Positions 8,838 to 18,451 of a stretch of 34,311 bases of DNA are shown here, piece after piece. Location of the stretch: positions 1-34,311 of the forward strand of contig JAVBOQ010000114.1 in NCBI GenBank assembly GCA_031550455.1, given 5' to 3'. Within the stretch, counting starts at the first letter, position 1; each line of letters opens with the position of its first letter. The notes beneath the pieces are model-generated. The model made no database searches, was not told where the DNA came from, and was given only the letters and a program-made list of their open reading frames with translations. A program made the position numbers and the translations under genes. The DNA comes from Eubacteriales bacterium (GTDB lineage Bacteria > Bacillota > Clostridia > Christensenellales > Aristaeellaceae).

Positions 8838-10017
8838 GGAACTGAAGCGGTTCGCGCCGATCCCGGAGAGTTCGCTGGACGCGCTGATGACCGTGGCGCG
8901 GAGCGTTAAGGAGGAAACTGTTGTGAAAAAAAAGATGCCGGTGGTTCTCATCGCGCTGGCGATCGCGCTGCTGATCGCCGTGAGCGCGGCCGTGGCCGCG
9001 AGTTTCGGCGTGTTTGACTATTTCGCGAAGTTTGAAGGCGACGATTACCTCCGCGCGGTCGATCAGGCCGCTCGGACGTACACGGATCAGGCGGTGCCCA
9101 TCGCGGCCGAAAACGGGTTCCCTGCGGCGTTGTTCACGCTCGATCAGGCGCACTATGACGGGCGGACGCTGTTCTGCGCGTACGCGCTGGCCACGCCGTG
9201 GAGTACCGTAACGTTCCTGAACCCGGACGACGCGAGCGCGCCGGGCAACGACATCGTGTCGGAACAGTACCGCAGCGATACGATGCCGTACTTTGATTAT
9301 TCGATTTCGCCGGCGGATATTGAAAAGATCCAGCAGAGCATTGACGAGGGCGGCAGGGTGTACTTTGAGTCGTGGGGGCAAATGGTCGACGACACGAGGG
9401 TTTACACGGACCGCTGCGAGATCGGCGCGCGGCGCATGAATCTGCAGCGCTTGCCCGACGGGACGGTCATAGGCTACACGGAGTTTCAGTATCCGCTGCC
9501 CGAAGATGCGCGGAACCTTGACAGGCTGGAACTTGAGTATGTGTTCCATCGCGGCGTGACGCAATGCTATTACGATGAAACCGGATTCTACGAAAAAACG
9601 ATGCCGGAGCATGCCGCCACGATCCGGCTGCCCGTCACGGTTCAAAAAAGCGCCCAAAGCGGCGGCGCGTGGCGCGGCAGCGGAGACTTTGGCGCGTACA
9701 CCGTGACCGCGTTTCTGCACATATCCGAGTTTGACGCCAAGGCGGATATACTGGTGCACGCCTCAAAGGATACGATCGAAAGGATTCTGGCTTGGCAGTC
9801 GAGCTTCAGCGACGAGTACGATTTGTACACGGACGATGGGTTCCAGGAACCGCTGGGTACCGCGGCGTACGTCGACCTGGATGCCGGAACCCTCCGTTTC
9901 ACGGCGACATACGCGCTGCCCGCGCGCGGCGGGGAGTACCGGCTTGTCCCGCAGTTTGCCCTGACAGGGGACCGGAACAACGAAGCGATCTTTCTGCAAA
10001 AGGACGGCGGGGTTTGA
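8827..10017 (+). CDS. Putative anti-sigma factor: single-pass membrane protein with a large extracytoplasmic domain (DUF4179-like)
   Basis: Overlaps the sigma gene by 11 nt, with SD GAGGAGG. About 36 aa cytoplasmic, then TM MPVVLIALAIALLIAVSAAVAASFG, then about 335 aa outside. No HxxxCxxC zinc motif. Function is inferred from position. Confidence 0.55.
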   Translation: MTREELKRFAPIPESSLDALMTVARSVKEETVVKKKMPVVLIALAIALLIAVSAAVAASFGVFDYFAKFEGDDYLRAVDQAARTYTDQAVPIAAENGFPAALFTLDQAHYDGRTLFCAYALATPWSTVTFLNPDDASAPGNDIVSEQYRSDTMPYFDYSISPADIEKIQQSIDEGGRVYFESWGQMVDDTRVYTDRCEIGARRMNLQRLPDGTVIGYTEFQYPLPEDARNLDRLELEYVFHRGVTQCYYDETGFYEKTMPEHAATIRLPVTVQKSAQSGGAWRGSGDFGAYTVTAFLHISEFDAKADILVHASKDTIERILAWQSSFSDEYDLYTDDGFQEPLGTAAYVDLDAGTLRFTATYALPARGGEYRLVPQFALTGDRNNEAIFLQKDGGV

Positions 10018-10025
10018 TGCCAAAG

Positions 10026-10212
10026 GTAGGGGGAAGAACGCTGGGACTCCGTCCCAGACCCTGCCAAAGGGATTGCATCCCTTTGGAATCCCATCCTTTT
10101 CGCCTCACGGCGGGTTGGATTTATGTGAATACCAGCCTGAAGAAGGGATTCTTAAGGGCCAATGGCCCTTAAGCGGAGGTCAAGGAGGCAGAGCCTCCTT
10201 GCGTCCCCCTAC
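10026..10212 (+). repeat. Full-length MITE-like palindromic intergenic element (copy A)
   Basis: Perfect 9-bp TIR: GTAGGGGGA (10026-10034) and TCCCCCTAC (10204-10212). Five internal hairpins. Homologous to 32772-32960 (reverse orientation), 16176-16261 and 21779-21920. Confidence 0.7.
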
Positions 10213-11240
10213 ACATCCCCAATATACATCGCGTCCCCAAAACTGAAGAACCTGTACCGCTCCCGGACCGCCTCTTCGTATGCCGCCAGCGCGTTTTCGC
10301 GGCCCATGAACGCGGAGACGAGCATCAGGAGCGTGCTCATCGGCAGGTGGAAGTTGGTGATCAGCGCGTCGGTCGCGCGGAACACGTACCCGGGCGTGAT
10401 GAAAATGCTCGTGTCGCCCGAGGCGGCCCGCACGACGCCGTCCGTGCCGGCGACGGTTTCGAGCGTGCGCACGGCGGTCGTGCCGACGCAGACAATCCGC
10501 CCGCCCGCCGCCCGGCGTGCGTTGATCGCGGCGGCCGCGTCCTGCGACACCTCGTAATATTCGGAATGCATCACGTGTTCCGACGCGTCGTCCGCCTTGA
10601 CGGGCCGGAATGTGCCAAGGCCGACGTGCAGCAGGATCGGTACGACCAGAACGCCCTTATGCTCGATCCGGGCGATCAGCTCCGGCGTGAAATGCAGACC
10701 GGCGGTCGGCGTCGCGGCGGAGCCGTCGACTTTCGCGTACACGGTGTTGTACCGCGAAGGATCGGCGAGCTTTTCGTGAATGTACGGCGGCAGCGGCATC
10801 GTGCCCAGCCGGTCGAGCAGCGCCTCGAACACGCCGTCGTAGTGAAACCGGACGATACGCCCGCCTTCGGCGCTCGTGCGCTCCACGATTTCCGCGCGCA
10901 GCAGGCCGTCGCCGAAGTCGCAGGCCGTGCCCGGTTGCAGCTTCCTGCCCGGCCGGACAAGCGCTTCCCATGTGTTCGCGTCGAGCCGTTTGAGCAGCAG
11001 CAGCTCCGCCTCGCCGCCGGTCGCGCGCTTCCCGATCAGCCGCGCGGGAATCGTCCTGGTGCGGTTGACCACCAGCGCGTCGCCCGGGCGCAGATAGTCC
11101 ACGATGTCGCGGAACACGCGGTGCTGCCGTTCGCCTGAACGCCGGTCGCAGACCAGCAGCCGGCTCGCGTCGCGCGGCTCGATCGGGCGCTGCGCGATCA
11201 GCGATTCGGGCAGGTCGTAGTTGAAATCACTCGTCTTCAT
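10209..11240 (-). CDS. queA: S-adenosylmethionine:tRNA ribosyltransferase-isomerase
   Basis: 343 aa. [30 protein letters not shown]-terminus and C-terminal [10 protein letters not shown]. Confidence 0.95.
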   Translation of the reverse strand: MKTSDFNYDLPESLIAQRPIEPRDASRLLVCDRRSGERQHRVFRDIVDYLRPGDALVVNRTRTIPARLIGKRATGGEAELLLLKRLDANTWEALVRPGRKLQPGTACDFGDGLLRAEIVERTSAEGGRIVRFHYDGVFEALLDRLGTMPLPPYIHEKLADPSRYNTVYAKVDGSAATPTAGLHFTPELIARIEHKGVLVVPILLHVGLGTFRPVKADDASEHVMHSEYYEVSQDAAAAINARRAAGGRIVCVGTTAVRTLETVAGTDGVVRAASGDTSIFITPGYVFRATDALITNFHLPMSTLLMLVSAFMGRENALAAYEEAVRERYRFFSFGDAMYIGDV

Positions 11241-12276
11241 CGGAAAGCGCCATGCGCACCTGATCCGTCAGCGCGCTCTGCGCCGGCGGCTTGATCTTCA
11301 TATGGTCATACGCGGCATGTGTCGCGACGCGGCCGCGCGGCGTGCGCATCAGAAACCCAAGCTGCAGCAAAAACGGCTCGTACACGTCCTCGATCGTCGT
11401 CGCGTCCTCGCCGGTCGTCGCGGCCAGCGTGTCCAACCCGACCGGGCCGCCTGAGAACTTTTTCATCATCGCTTCCAACACCGCGCGGTCGACGCGGTCC
11501 AGCCCCAGGTCGTCGATCGCCAGCATGGAAAGCGCCTCCCGCGCGACCGGCAGCGTGATCCGCCCATTGGCGCGCACCTGCGCGAAATCCCGCACGCGGC
11601 GCAGCAGCCGGTTCGCGATGCGCGGCGTGCCGCGCGACCTGCGCGCGATTTCCGACAAGCCGTCCGGGTCGCCTTCGACGCCGAGAATCCGCGCCGAATT
11701 CGTAACGATCTTCGTCAGCTCCTCCGGCGTGTAGAGTTCCAGCCGGAACAGGATGCCGAACCGGTCGCGCAGCGGCGCGGTCAGAAGGCCCGCGCGCGTC
11801 GTCGCGCCGACCAATGTAAAGCGCGGCAGGTCGACGCGGATCGACCGCGCGCTCGGCCCCTTGCCGATGATGATGTCCAGCGCGTAGTCCTCCATCGCGG
11901 AGTACAGCACTTCTTCGACCGTGTGCGACAGCCGGTGGATCTCGTCGATGAACAGCACGTCGCCGGTCGCGAGGTTCGTCAGGATCGACGCCAGGTCGCC
12001 TGGCCGCTCGATCGCCGGGCCCGACGTGATGCGGATGTTCTGGCCCATTTCCGCCGCGATGATCGCCGCCAGCGTCGTCTTGCCAAGGCCCGGCGGGCCG
12101 TAGAACAGCAGATGATCCAGCGCGTCGCGCCGCTGCAGCGCGGCTTCGAGGCAGACGCGCAGGTTTTCCTTGACGGCGCTTTGGCCGATGAAGTCCGTCA
12201 GCGTGCGCGGGCGGAGCGACAGCTCCTGCTCGTCCTCGCCGCGCGCGCCGGTCATCACAACCCTGTCCTCCTGCAT
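11227..12276 (-). CDS. ruvB: Holliday junction branch migration DNA helicase RuvB
   Basis: 349 aa. Walker [18 protein letters not shown] and a sensor region. The 3' end overlaps the queA start by 14 nt. Confidence 0.95.
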   Translation of the reverse strand: MQEDRVVMTGARGEDEQELSLRPRTLTDFIGQSAVKENLRVCLEAALQRRDALDHLLFYGPPGLGKTTLAAIIAAEMGQNIRITSGPAIERPGDLASILTNLATGDVLFIDEIHRLSHTVEEVLYSAMEDYALDIIIGKGPSARSIRVDLPRFTLVGATTRAGLLTAPLRDRFGILFRLELYTPEELTKIVTNSARILGVEGDPDGLSEIARRSRGTPRIANRLLRRVRDFAQVRANGRITLPVAREALSMLAIDDLGLDRVDRAVLEAMMKKFSGGPVGLDTLAATTGEDATTIEDVYEPFLLQLGFLMRTPRGRVATHAAYDHMKIKPPAQSALTDQVRMALSDEDE

Positions 12277-12279
12277 TGG

Positions 12280-12873
12280 TTATCCTCCCAGTCCCTTGAG
12301 CGCGTGCAGAATCAACCCGTCCGCGGTCGTCGCCTTGTCGCGCACGGCGGCCACCGCGCGGTTCGCCTCCGCGCTTGAATACCCTAGCGCCATCAGCGCC
12401 TGCACCGCCTCCTGCGCCGCGTCGGTGTTCGCGGCGGGCAGCGGCGCGCCGCCCGCGCCGTCCACGTCGACCTGCTCCACTTTGTCTTTTAACTCCAGAA
12501 TCATGCGCTGGGCAGTTTTCTTACCGACGTTCGGCGCGCGGGCGATCATCCCCGCGTCGCCGGTTAAAAGCGCCAGCGAAAGGTCCCGCACCGACAGCGT
12601 CGACAGGATGCCAAGCGCCGTGCGCGGGCCGATGCCGGTCACCGTCGTCAACCGCCGGAACATGTCCCGCTCCTCGCGTGCCGCGAACCCGAACAGCTCC
12701 ATCCCGTCCTCGCGCACCGAAAAATGCGTGTAACACCGCATTCGGCCGCCGACCTGCGGCGCGGCCGCCACCGTCGCGCCGGAACACAGCAGCAGAAAAC
12801 CGACGCCGCCCGCGTCGATCACCAGCTCGCCCGCGCGCTTTTCCTCAACGCGCCCTTCAATGTGGGAAAACAT
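12280..12873 (-). CDS. ruvA: Holliday junction DNA helicase RuvA
   Basis: Start at the internal Met (MFSHIEGRV) of ORF 12280..12933, with SD GGAGG immediately upstream. HhH motifs ([23 protein letters not shown]). Confidence 0.9.
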   Translation of the reverse strand: MFSHIEGRVEEKRAGELVIDAGGVGFLLLCSGATVAAAPQVGGRMRCYTHFSVREDGMELFGFAAREERDMFRRLTTVTGIGPRTALGILSTLSVRDLSLALLTGDAGMIARAPNVGKKTAQRMILELKDKVEQVDVDGAGGAPLPAANTDAAQEAVQALMALGYSSAEANRAVAAVRDKATTADGLILHALKGLGG

Positions 12874-12929
12874 GGCGCCTCCTTTGGCGGGGAACGGCTG
12901 AGGGACTTCGTCCCCCGCGCCACGAACCC

Positions 12930-13424
12930 TCATTTAATCCTAAACAACCCGCCAGCCCGCGCCGTATGCGCGTGTGTGATCGCCGCGCCAAGCGCGTCGG
13001 CCGCGTCGTCCGGGCGCGGGATCTCGTCCATGGACAGCAAAAGCTTGACCATCTGCTGCACCTGCTGTTTTTCGGCTTTTCCATAGCCTACCACAGCCAG
13101 TTTGATTTGCATAGGGGTATACTCAAACAGCCGCCGGGTGTAGCGCGCGGCGGCGACGAGGGCCGCGCCGCGGGCCGCGCTGACGTTGAGCGCGGTCGTC
13201 ACGTTGCGCGCGAAGAAAAGCTCTTCAAAGGCGATCTCATCCGGCCGGTACGTCTCGATGAGGCCCTGAACACCGTCAAAAATGGCGTTCAGACGCACTG
13301 GGAACGCGTCGTCCGGCGGCGTCTTCAGCGTGCCGTAGCCGATCAGCCGACACTGCTGCCCGTTCGCCTCGATCACGCCCCAACCCATTGTCGCAAGCCC
13401 AGGATCAATCCCCAATATGACCAT
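12930..13424 (-). CDS. ruvC: Crossover junction endodeoxyribonuclease RuvC
   Basis: Start at the internal Met ([16 protein letters not shown]) of ORF 12930..13529. 164 aa, with the catalytic D in GIDPG. Confidence 0.9.
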   Translation of the reverse strand: MVILGIDPGLATMGWGVIEANGQQCRLIGYGTLKTPPDDAFPVRLNAIFDGVQGLIETYRPDEIAFEELFFARNVTTALNVSAARGAALVAAARYTRRLFEYTPMQIKLAVVGYGKAEKQQVQQMVKLLLSMDEIPRPDDAADALGAAITHAHTARAGGLFRIK

Positions 13425-13460
13425 GCGCGGCCTCGTTTCCAAACGTTTGTTTCTATTATA

Positions 13461-13489
13461 AGCATACGCGCATTTGCCCGCGTTGTCAA
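13461..13489 (-). promoter_or_regulatory. Putative sigma-A promoter of ruvC-ruvA-ruvB-queA
   Basis: On the minus strand: TTGACA (13484-13489), 17-nt spacer, TATGCT (13461-13466). Confidence 0.4.
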
Positions 13490-13512
13490 GACGTGCATAT
13501 TTATTAGCGATG

Positions 13513-13541
13513 CTTGCAATTCTATGCAAAATGTGCTATAC
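13513..13541 (+). promoter_or_regulatory. Putative sigma-A promoter of argG-argH
   Basis: TTGCAA (13513-13518), 17-nt spacer, TGc-TATACT extended -10 (13533-13541). The -35 lies inside the palindrome TTGCA-N6-TGCAA (13513-13528). Confidence 0.5.
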
Positions 13542-13577
13542 TTCCGGCATCAATACATACAATCGGAGGCTATGCGC

Positions 13578-14786
13578 ATGGCAAAGCAGCGAATCTGCCT
13601 GGCCTACTCGGGCGGGCTGGACACATCGATCATCATTTCCTGGCTGAAAGAGAACTACGACTGTGAAGTCGTCTGCATGGCGGCGGACGTCGGCCAGGGC
13701 GAGGAGCTCGCGCCGCTTCACGAAAAAGCGAAGGCGTCCGGCGCGGAAAAGCTGTACATTGAGGATCTGCGCGAGGAATTCATCACCGAATACATCTGGC
13801 CGACGCTGAAAATGGGCGCGGTGTATGAAAAAAAATACCTGCTCGGCACGAGCTTCGCGCGGCCCGTCATCGCGAAGCGGCTTGTCGAGATCGCTAAATC
13901 CGAAAACTGCACGGCGATCGCGCACGGCTGCACCGGCAAGGGCAACGATCAGGTGCGGTTCGAGCTGACGGTCAAGGCGTTCGCGCCGGAAATGAAAGTG
14001 ATCGCGCCGTGGCGGCTGTGGGACATCAAGTCCCGCGAAGAGGCGATCGAATACGCGGACGCGCGCGGCATCCCGGTGCCGGTTTCGAAGTCGCGGCCCT
14101 ACTCGATGGATAGAAACCTTTGGCATTTGAGCCACGAAGGCGCGGATCTCGAGTCGCCGAAGAACGCGCCGCCGGACGACCTGTGCCTGATCTGCGCGTC
14201 GCCCGAAACCGCGCCGGACAAGCCGGAAATCGTCCGCGTTTCGCTTGAACAGGGCATCCCGGTCGCGATCAACGGTGAAAAACTCGCGCCGGTCGCGCTG
14301 ATGGACAAGGCGAACGAGATCGCCGCGAAGCACGGCGTCGGCGTCGCCGATCTGGTCGAAAACCGGCTGGTCGGCATGAAGTCGCGCGGCGTGTACGAAA
14401 CGCCCGGCGGCACATTGCTGTACGCGGCGCACGAGATGCTCGAGCAGATCACGCTCGACCGGATCACGTCGCATTACAAAGAGCAGGTCGCCCTCCGGTT
14501 CGCGGAACTGGTCTACGACGGCCAGTGGTTCACGCCGCTGCGCGAGGCGCTGTCCGCGTTCGCCGACAGCACGCAGCGGAACGTCACCGGCGAGGTGTGG
14601 ATCAAGCTGTACAAGGGCAATGTGATTCCGCACGGCGTCGAGTCGCCGTACACGCTGTACACCGAGCGCATCGCGACGTTCGGCGATTCGGGCGAACTGT
14701 ACAGCCACAAGGACAGCGAGGGGTTCATCAACCTGTTCGGTCTGCCGATCAAGGTCGGCGCGCTGAGCCGCGAGGGCAAACTGTGA
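13578..14786 (+). CDS. argG: Argininosuccinate synthase
   Basis: [20 protein letters not shown]-pyrophosphatase motif. Start at ATG 13578, 8 nt after GGAGG (13565-13569). The long upstream part of ORF 12375..14786 is a GC-rich artefact antisense to the ruv genes. Confidence 0.95.
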   Translation: MAKQRICLAYSGGLDTSIIISWLKENYDCEVVCMAADVGQGEELAPLHEKAKASGAEKLYIEDLREEFITEYIWPTLKMGAVYEKKYLLGTSFARPVIAKRLVEIAKSENCTAIAHGCTGKGNDQVRFELTVKAFAPEMKVIAPWRLWDIKSREEAIEYADARGIPVPVSKSRPYSMDRNLWHLSHEGADLESPKNAPPDDLCLICASPETAPDKPEIVRVSLEQGIPVAINGEKLAPVALMDKANEIAAKHGVGVADLVENRLVGMKSRGVYETPGGTLLYAAHEMLEQITLDRITSHYKEQVALRFAELVYDGQWFTPLREALSAFADSTQRNVTGEVWIKLYKGNVIPHGVESPYTLYTERIATFGDSGELYSHKDSEGFINLFGLPIKVGALSREGKL

Positions 14787-16156
14787 AGCTGTGGAGCGGC
14801 CGGTTCGAGAAGAACACCGCCGAGATCGTCGACCGGTTCGGCGCGTCGATCGCGTTCGATCAACGGCTGTACAAATATGACATCGAAGGCTCGATCGCCC
14901 ACGCGACGATGCTCGGCGAAACGGGCGTCATCGCGAAGGCCGACGCCGACGCGATCGTCGCGGGCCTGCGCGGCATCCTCGCGGACGCCGAGGCGGATAG
15001 AATCGAATGGCGGGAGACCCTTGAGGACATTCACATGAACGTCGAAGCGCTTTTGACCGAGCGCATCGGCGAGGCCGGCAAGCGGCTGCATACCGCGCGC
15101 AGCCGCAACGATCAGGTCGCGCTGGATTTTCGGATGTACGCGAAAGCCGCGTGCGACGAGGCCGAGGCGCTGCTCTCCGCGCTCGTCGAAGCGCTGCTTC
15201 ACAAGGCGGAGGCGCATACGGAAACGATCATGCCCGGCTATACGCACCTGCAAAAGGCGCAGCCGGTGACGTTCGCGCATCACCTGCTGGCGTATGTGCA
15301 GATGTTCCTGCGTGACCGCGAACGGTTCCGCGAGGCGCGCGCGCGCGCGGACGTGATGCCGCTCGGCGCGGGCGCGCTGGCCGGCACGACCTACCCGATT
15401 GACCCTTGGCGCGTCGCCGCGCTGCTCGGTTTCGCGTCGGTGGCGAAAAACAGCCTCGACGCCGTGTCCGACCGCGATTTCGCGCTGGACTACCTGTACG
15501 CGGCCTCCGCGTGCATGATGCACCTGTCGCGATTCTGTGAAGAAATGATCCTGTGGTCGTCGTTCGAGTTCGGGTTCGTCACGATGGACGATGCGTTTTC
15601 GACCGGCTCCTCGATCATGCCGCAGAAGAAAAACCCGGATGTCGCGGAGCTGATCCGCGGCAAGACCGGGCGCGTATACGGCGATTTGCAGTCGCTGCTC
15701 GTCACGCTCAAGGGCCTGCCGCTGGCGTACAACAAGGACATGCAGGAGGACAAGGAGGCGCTGTTTGACGCGCGGGACGCACTTACGGGCAGCCTGGCCG
15801 CGTTCACCGGCATGTTCGAGACGCTGACCATCCGGACAGACCGGATGGCTGAGGCCGCCGAGGGCGGGTTCATGAACGCCACCGACGCGGCGGATTATCT
15901 GGTCGGCAAGGGCGTCCCGTTCCGCGACGCGCACGCGGCCGTTGGGCTGCTGGTCGCCAAGTGCGTCCGGGAGGGCAAGGCGATTGGCGAACTGCCGGTC
16001 GGTGACCTGAAAGCCGCCTGCGCGGCGTTTGACGCCGACGTGTACGCCGCGCTGACGGCGGAAGCGTGCGTCAACAGAAGGAAAGTCGATTGCGGGCCCG
16101 CGCCGGAGGCGGTGCGAAAGGCGATTGTGGAGGCGTGGGACACATTGGGCGGGTGA
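14783..16156 (+). CDS. argH: Argininosuccinate lyase
   Basis: GTG start at 14783 overlaps the argG stop (GTGA). [10 protein letters not shown]-terminus and fumarate-lyase signature [12 protein letters not shown]. Confidence 0.95.
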   Translation: MKLWSGRFEKNTAEIVDRFGASIAFDQRLYKYDIEGSIAHATMLGETGVIAKADADAIVAGLRGILADAEADRIEWRETLEDIHMNVEALLTERIGEAGKRLHTARSRNDQVALDFRMYAKAACDEAEALLSALVEALLHKAEAHTETIMPGYTHLQKAQPVTFAHHLLAYVQMFLRDRERFREARARADVMPLGAGALAGTTYPIDPWRVAALLGFASVAKNSLDAVSDRDFALDYLYAASACMMHLSRFCEEMILWSSFEFGFVTMDDAFSTGSSIMPQKKNPDVAELIRGKTGRVYGDLQSLLVTLKGLPLAYNKDMQEDKEALFDARDALTGSLAAFTGMFETLTIRTDRMAEAAEGGFMNATDAADYLVGKGVPFRDAHAAVGLLVAKCVREGKAIGELPVGDLKAACAAFDADVYAALTAEACVNRRKVDCGPAPEAVRKAIVEAWDTLGG

Positions 16157-16175
16157 GCGGAGCGGGGTTGGGAAT

Positions 16176-16261
16176 GGGGGACGCCAAAGGGCGCTGCCCG
16201 TTGGAATCCTGCTTCCGGGCCATTGGCCCTTAAGAATCCCTTCCTTGGGACAGCGTCCCCC
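16176..16261. repeat. 86-bp short form of the MITE-like element (copy C)
   Basis: Perfect 9-bp TIR: GGGGGACGC (16176-16184) and GCGTCCCCC (16253-16261). Internal GGGCCATTGGCCC palindrome and GGGAC-agc-GTCCC hairpin. Aligns to the right-hand part of copies A and B. Confidence 0.6.
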
Positions 16262-16327
16262 TTAACATCTTTTCATTTTTCTTACCCTCCCCCTTAATAT
16301 TTCCGCTTTACAATAGAAGACAGGGCG

Positions 16328-16350
16328 GCGCGCCGTTTGGCGCGCTTTTC
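16328..16350 (+). terminator. Rho-independent terminator-like hairpin downstream of argH
   Basis: GCGCGCC (16328-16334), loop GTTT, GGCGCGC (16339-16345), then TTTT (16346-16349). Confidence 0.45.
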
Positions 16351-16375
16351 GATTCCATAAAAAGGAGAACATCCA

Positions 16376-18451
16376 GTGACAGAGCGGATATTGAAACGCC
16401 GGAAACTGATCATCGCGCTGTTTGCGGTGTTGACGGTGTTGTCGTTGCTGATGATGCCGCAGGTGAAGGTCAACTACAACCTGATGGATTATCTGCCGAA
16501 GGACAGCCCGTCGACGCTGGCGCTGACGACGATGCGGGAGGCGTTCGGGGGTCTTTTGGACAACGGCGAAACCAAGGTGCTGACGCCGGACGTTACCGTT
16601 GCGGAGGCGCTGGCGTACAAGGCGAGGATCGAAGCGGTGCCCGGCATCGTATCGGTCAAGTGGCTGGACGACGTCGCCGACTTGAACCAGCCGCTCTCGT
16701 TCATCGATAAAAAACTGACGGACGCCTACTACAGGGACGGGAACGCGCTGTTTGGCGTCGCTTTTGAACCGGACGCTACCGGCAAACAGACCACCGCCAC
16801 GCTGGATGTGATCTACGGCATCATCGGCGAAGAAGGCGCGATCGCGGGGCCTGCCGTCAAGAGCGCGTCGACCAAGCAGGACACGGCCAAACAGGTCGTG
16901 TCGATGATGGTGCTGCTGGTGCCGATGGTTCTGCTGATCATGCTGTTTGCCACGCGTTCCTGGTTTGAACCGGTGCTGTTCATCGTCGCCATCGGCGTCG
17001 CGATTCTGATCAACATGGGCACCAACGCGATGACGGACAGCATTTCGTTCGTCACGCAAATGGCGGCCGCCGTTTTGCAGTTGGCCGTTTCGATGGACTA
17101 CTCGATTTTCCTGCTGCACAGCTTTACGGACTTCCGCGACAAGGGACACGCGCCGAAGGAAGCGATGTTGCTGGCGATGAAGCAGTCCTACGGATCGATC
17201 TTCGCCAGCGCGGTGACGACGATCCTGGGCTTCGCGGTGCTGATGCTGATGCGCTTCCTGATCGGCCCGGACATGGGCTTTGTGCTGGCCAAGGGCGTGG
17301 TGTTCAGCCTGCTGTCGGTAACGCTGCTGTTGCCAAACCTCGCGCTGCTCTGCCACAAGCTGCTGGACAAGACGCGGCACCGCTCGTTTTTCCCGAAGTT
17401 CACCGGGTTTGCAAAATTCGTGATGAAAGTCGGCGTGCCGCTGACGGCGGTGGTCTGCGTGCTGGTCGTGCCCGCGTTCCTCGCGCAGCGCAACAACACG
17501 TTCATCTTCGGCGACCAGGCGATGTCGATTGACGAGCGTACGCGGGTCGGCGCGGACGAAAAGCGCATCAACGAGCTGTTCGGCAAAAAGAACCAGATGG
17601 TACTGTTGGTGCCGTCCGGCGACCTGGCGGCCGAACGCGCGATGGCGGACGAAATGCTGGCGCTGCCGTACGTCAACGAGATCCAGTCCTACGTCACCAC
17701 CGTCGGCGCGGAAATTCCGTTAGAATCGCTGCCGCCCGAAAACCAAAAAGCGCTGGTATCCGGCGGGTACAGCCTGCTGTCGCTGACCGTCGGCACGAGC
17801 ACGGAGGGTTCGGAAGCGTTTGCCGCGGTGGAGAAGCTGCGCGAAATTGCGGGCCGGTACTACGGCGGCCGATACCATCTGACCGGCGGAAGCGTCAATG
17901 TGTACGACATGCGCGACGTCGTCACCACCGACAACCAGATCGTGACGATCGCCGCGATCGTGGCGATCGGGCTGGTGATCATGCTGACGTTCAGGTCGCT
18001 GTCGCTGCCGATCCTGCTGGTGTTCGCCATCGAGGCCGCGATCTGGATCAACCTGTCGGTCACATATTTTTCCGGCACGCACCTCGTCTACATCGGGTAC
18101 ATGATCATCAGCGCGGTGCAGTTGGGCGCGACGGTGGACTACGCGATCCTGTACGCCAGCCGCTACCTTGAAAAGCGGCGCGAACTGTCCAAAAAACAGG
18201 CGGCGCTCGCCGCGGTCGCGGAGACGTCCGGGTCGATCCTGACGTCCGCTGCAATCTTCTGTCTGGCGGGTGTCGTCATTTCGACCGTTTCGACAAACGG
18301 TATCATTTCGCAGCTCGGCGACCTGATCGGCCGCGGCGCCGCGCTGTCCGCGTTCATGGTGCTGTTCATGCTGCCGACGCTGCTGGTCGTCTGCGACAGG
18401 GTGATCCGCAAAACCACGCTGCGCGCCCAAATGAAGGAGGGAAAACCATGA
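16376..18451 (+). CDS. MMPL/RND-superfamily transporter (YdfJ-like)
   Basis: 691 aa. GTG start with SD AAGGAG. Two repeated halves, each an extracytoplasmic domain followed by about 5-6 TM helices. N-terminal VNYNLMDYLPKDSPS is typical of Gram-positive MMPL proteins. Confidence 0.88.
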   Translation: MTERILKRRKLIIALFAVLTVLSLLMMPQVKVNYNLMDYLPKDSPSTLALTTMREAFGGLLDNGETKVLTPDVTVAEALAYKARIEAVPGIVSVKWLDDVADLNQPLSFIDKKLTDAYYRDGNALFGVAFEPDATGKQTTATLDVIYGIIGEEGAIAGPAVKSASTKQDTAKQVVSMMVLLVPMVLLIMLFATRSWFEPVLFIVAIGVAILINMGTNAMTDSISFVTQMAAAVLQLAVSMDYSIFLLHSFTDFRDKGHAPKEAMLLAMKQSYGSIFASAVTTILGFAVLMLMRFLIGPDMGFVLAKGVVFSLLSVTLLLPNLALLCHKLLDKTRHRSFFPKFTGFAKFVMKVGVPLTAVVCVLVVPAFLAQRNNTFIFGDQAMSIDERTRVGADEKRINELFGKKNQMVLLVPSGDLAAERAMADEMLALPYVNEIQSYVTTVGAEIPLESLPPENQKALVSGGYSLLSLTVGTSTEGSEAFAAVEKLREIAGRYYGGRYHLTGGSVNVYDMRDVVTTDNQIVTIAAIVAIGLVIMLTFRSLSLPILLVFAIEAAIWINLSVTYFSGTHLVYIGYMIISAVQLGATVDYAILYASRYLEKRRELSKKQAALAAVAETSGSILTSAAIFCLAGVVISTVSTNGIISQLGDLIGRGAALSAFMVLFMLPTLLVVCDRVIRKTTLRAQMKEGKP

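Noticed and set aside
9899-10172. Short ORFs inside the repeats (9792..10172 +, 9899..10108 -, 32714..32971 -, 32746..33000 -, 32796..32984 -)
   Set aside because: They lie within hairpin-rich repeat elements, overlap each other in several frames and lack SD sequences. They are most likely spurious.
12375-13577. The 400-aa N-terminal extension of the argG ORF, and similar upstream extensions of the ruvC (13425-13529), ruvA (12874-12933), trmH-like (23997-24275), namZ-like (3297-3362) and lipoprotein (521-631) ORFs
   Set aside because: The extensions have no coding character or run antisense to the ruv genes. In each case an internal Met with a good SD matches the conserved family N-terminus.
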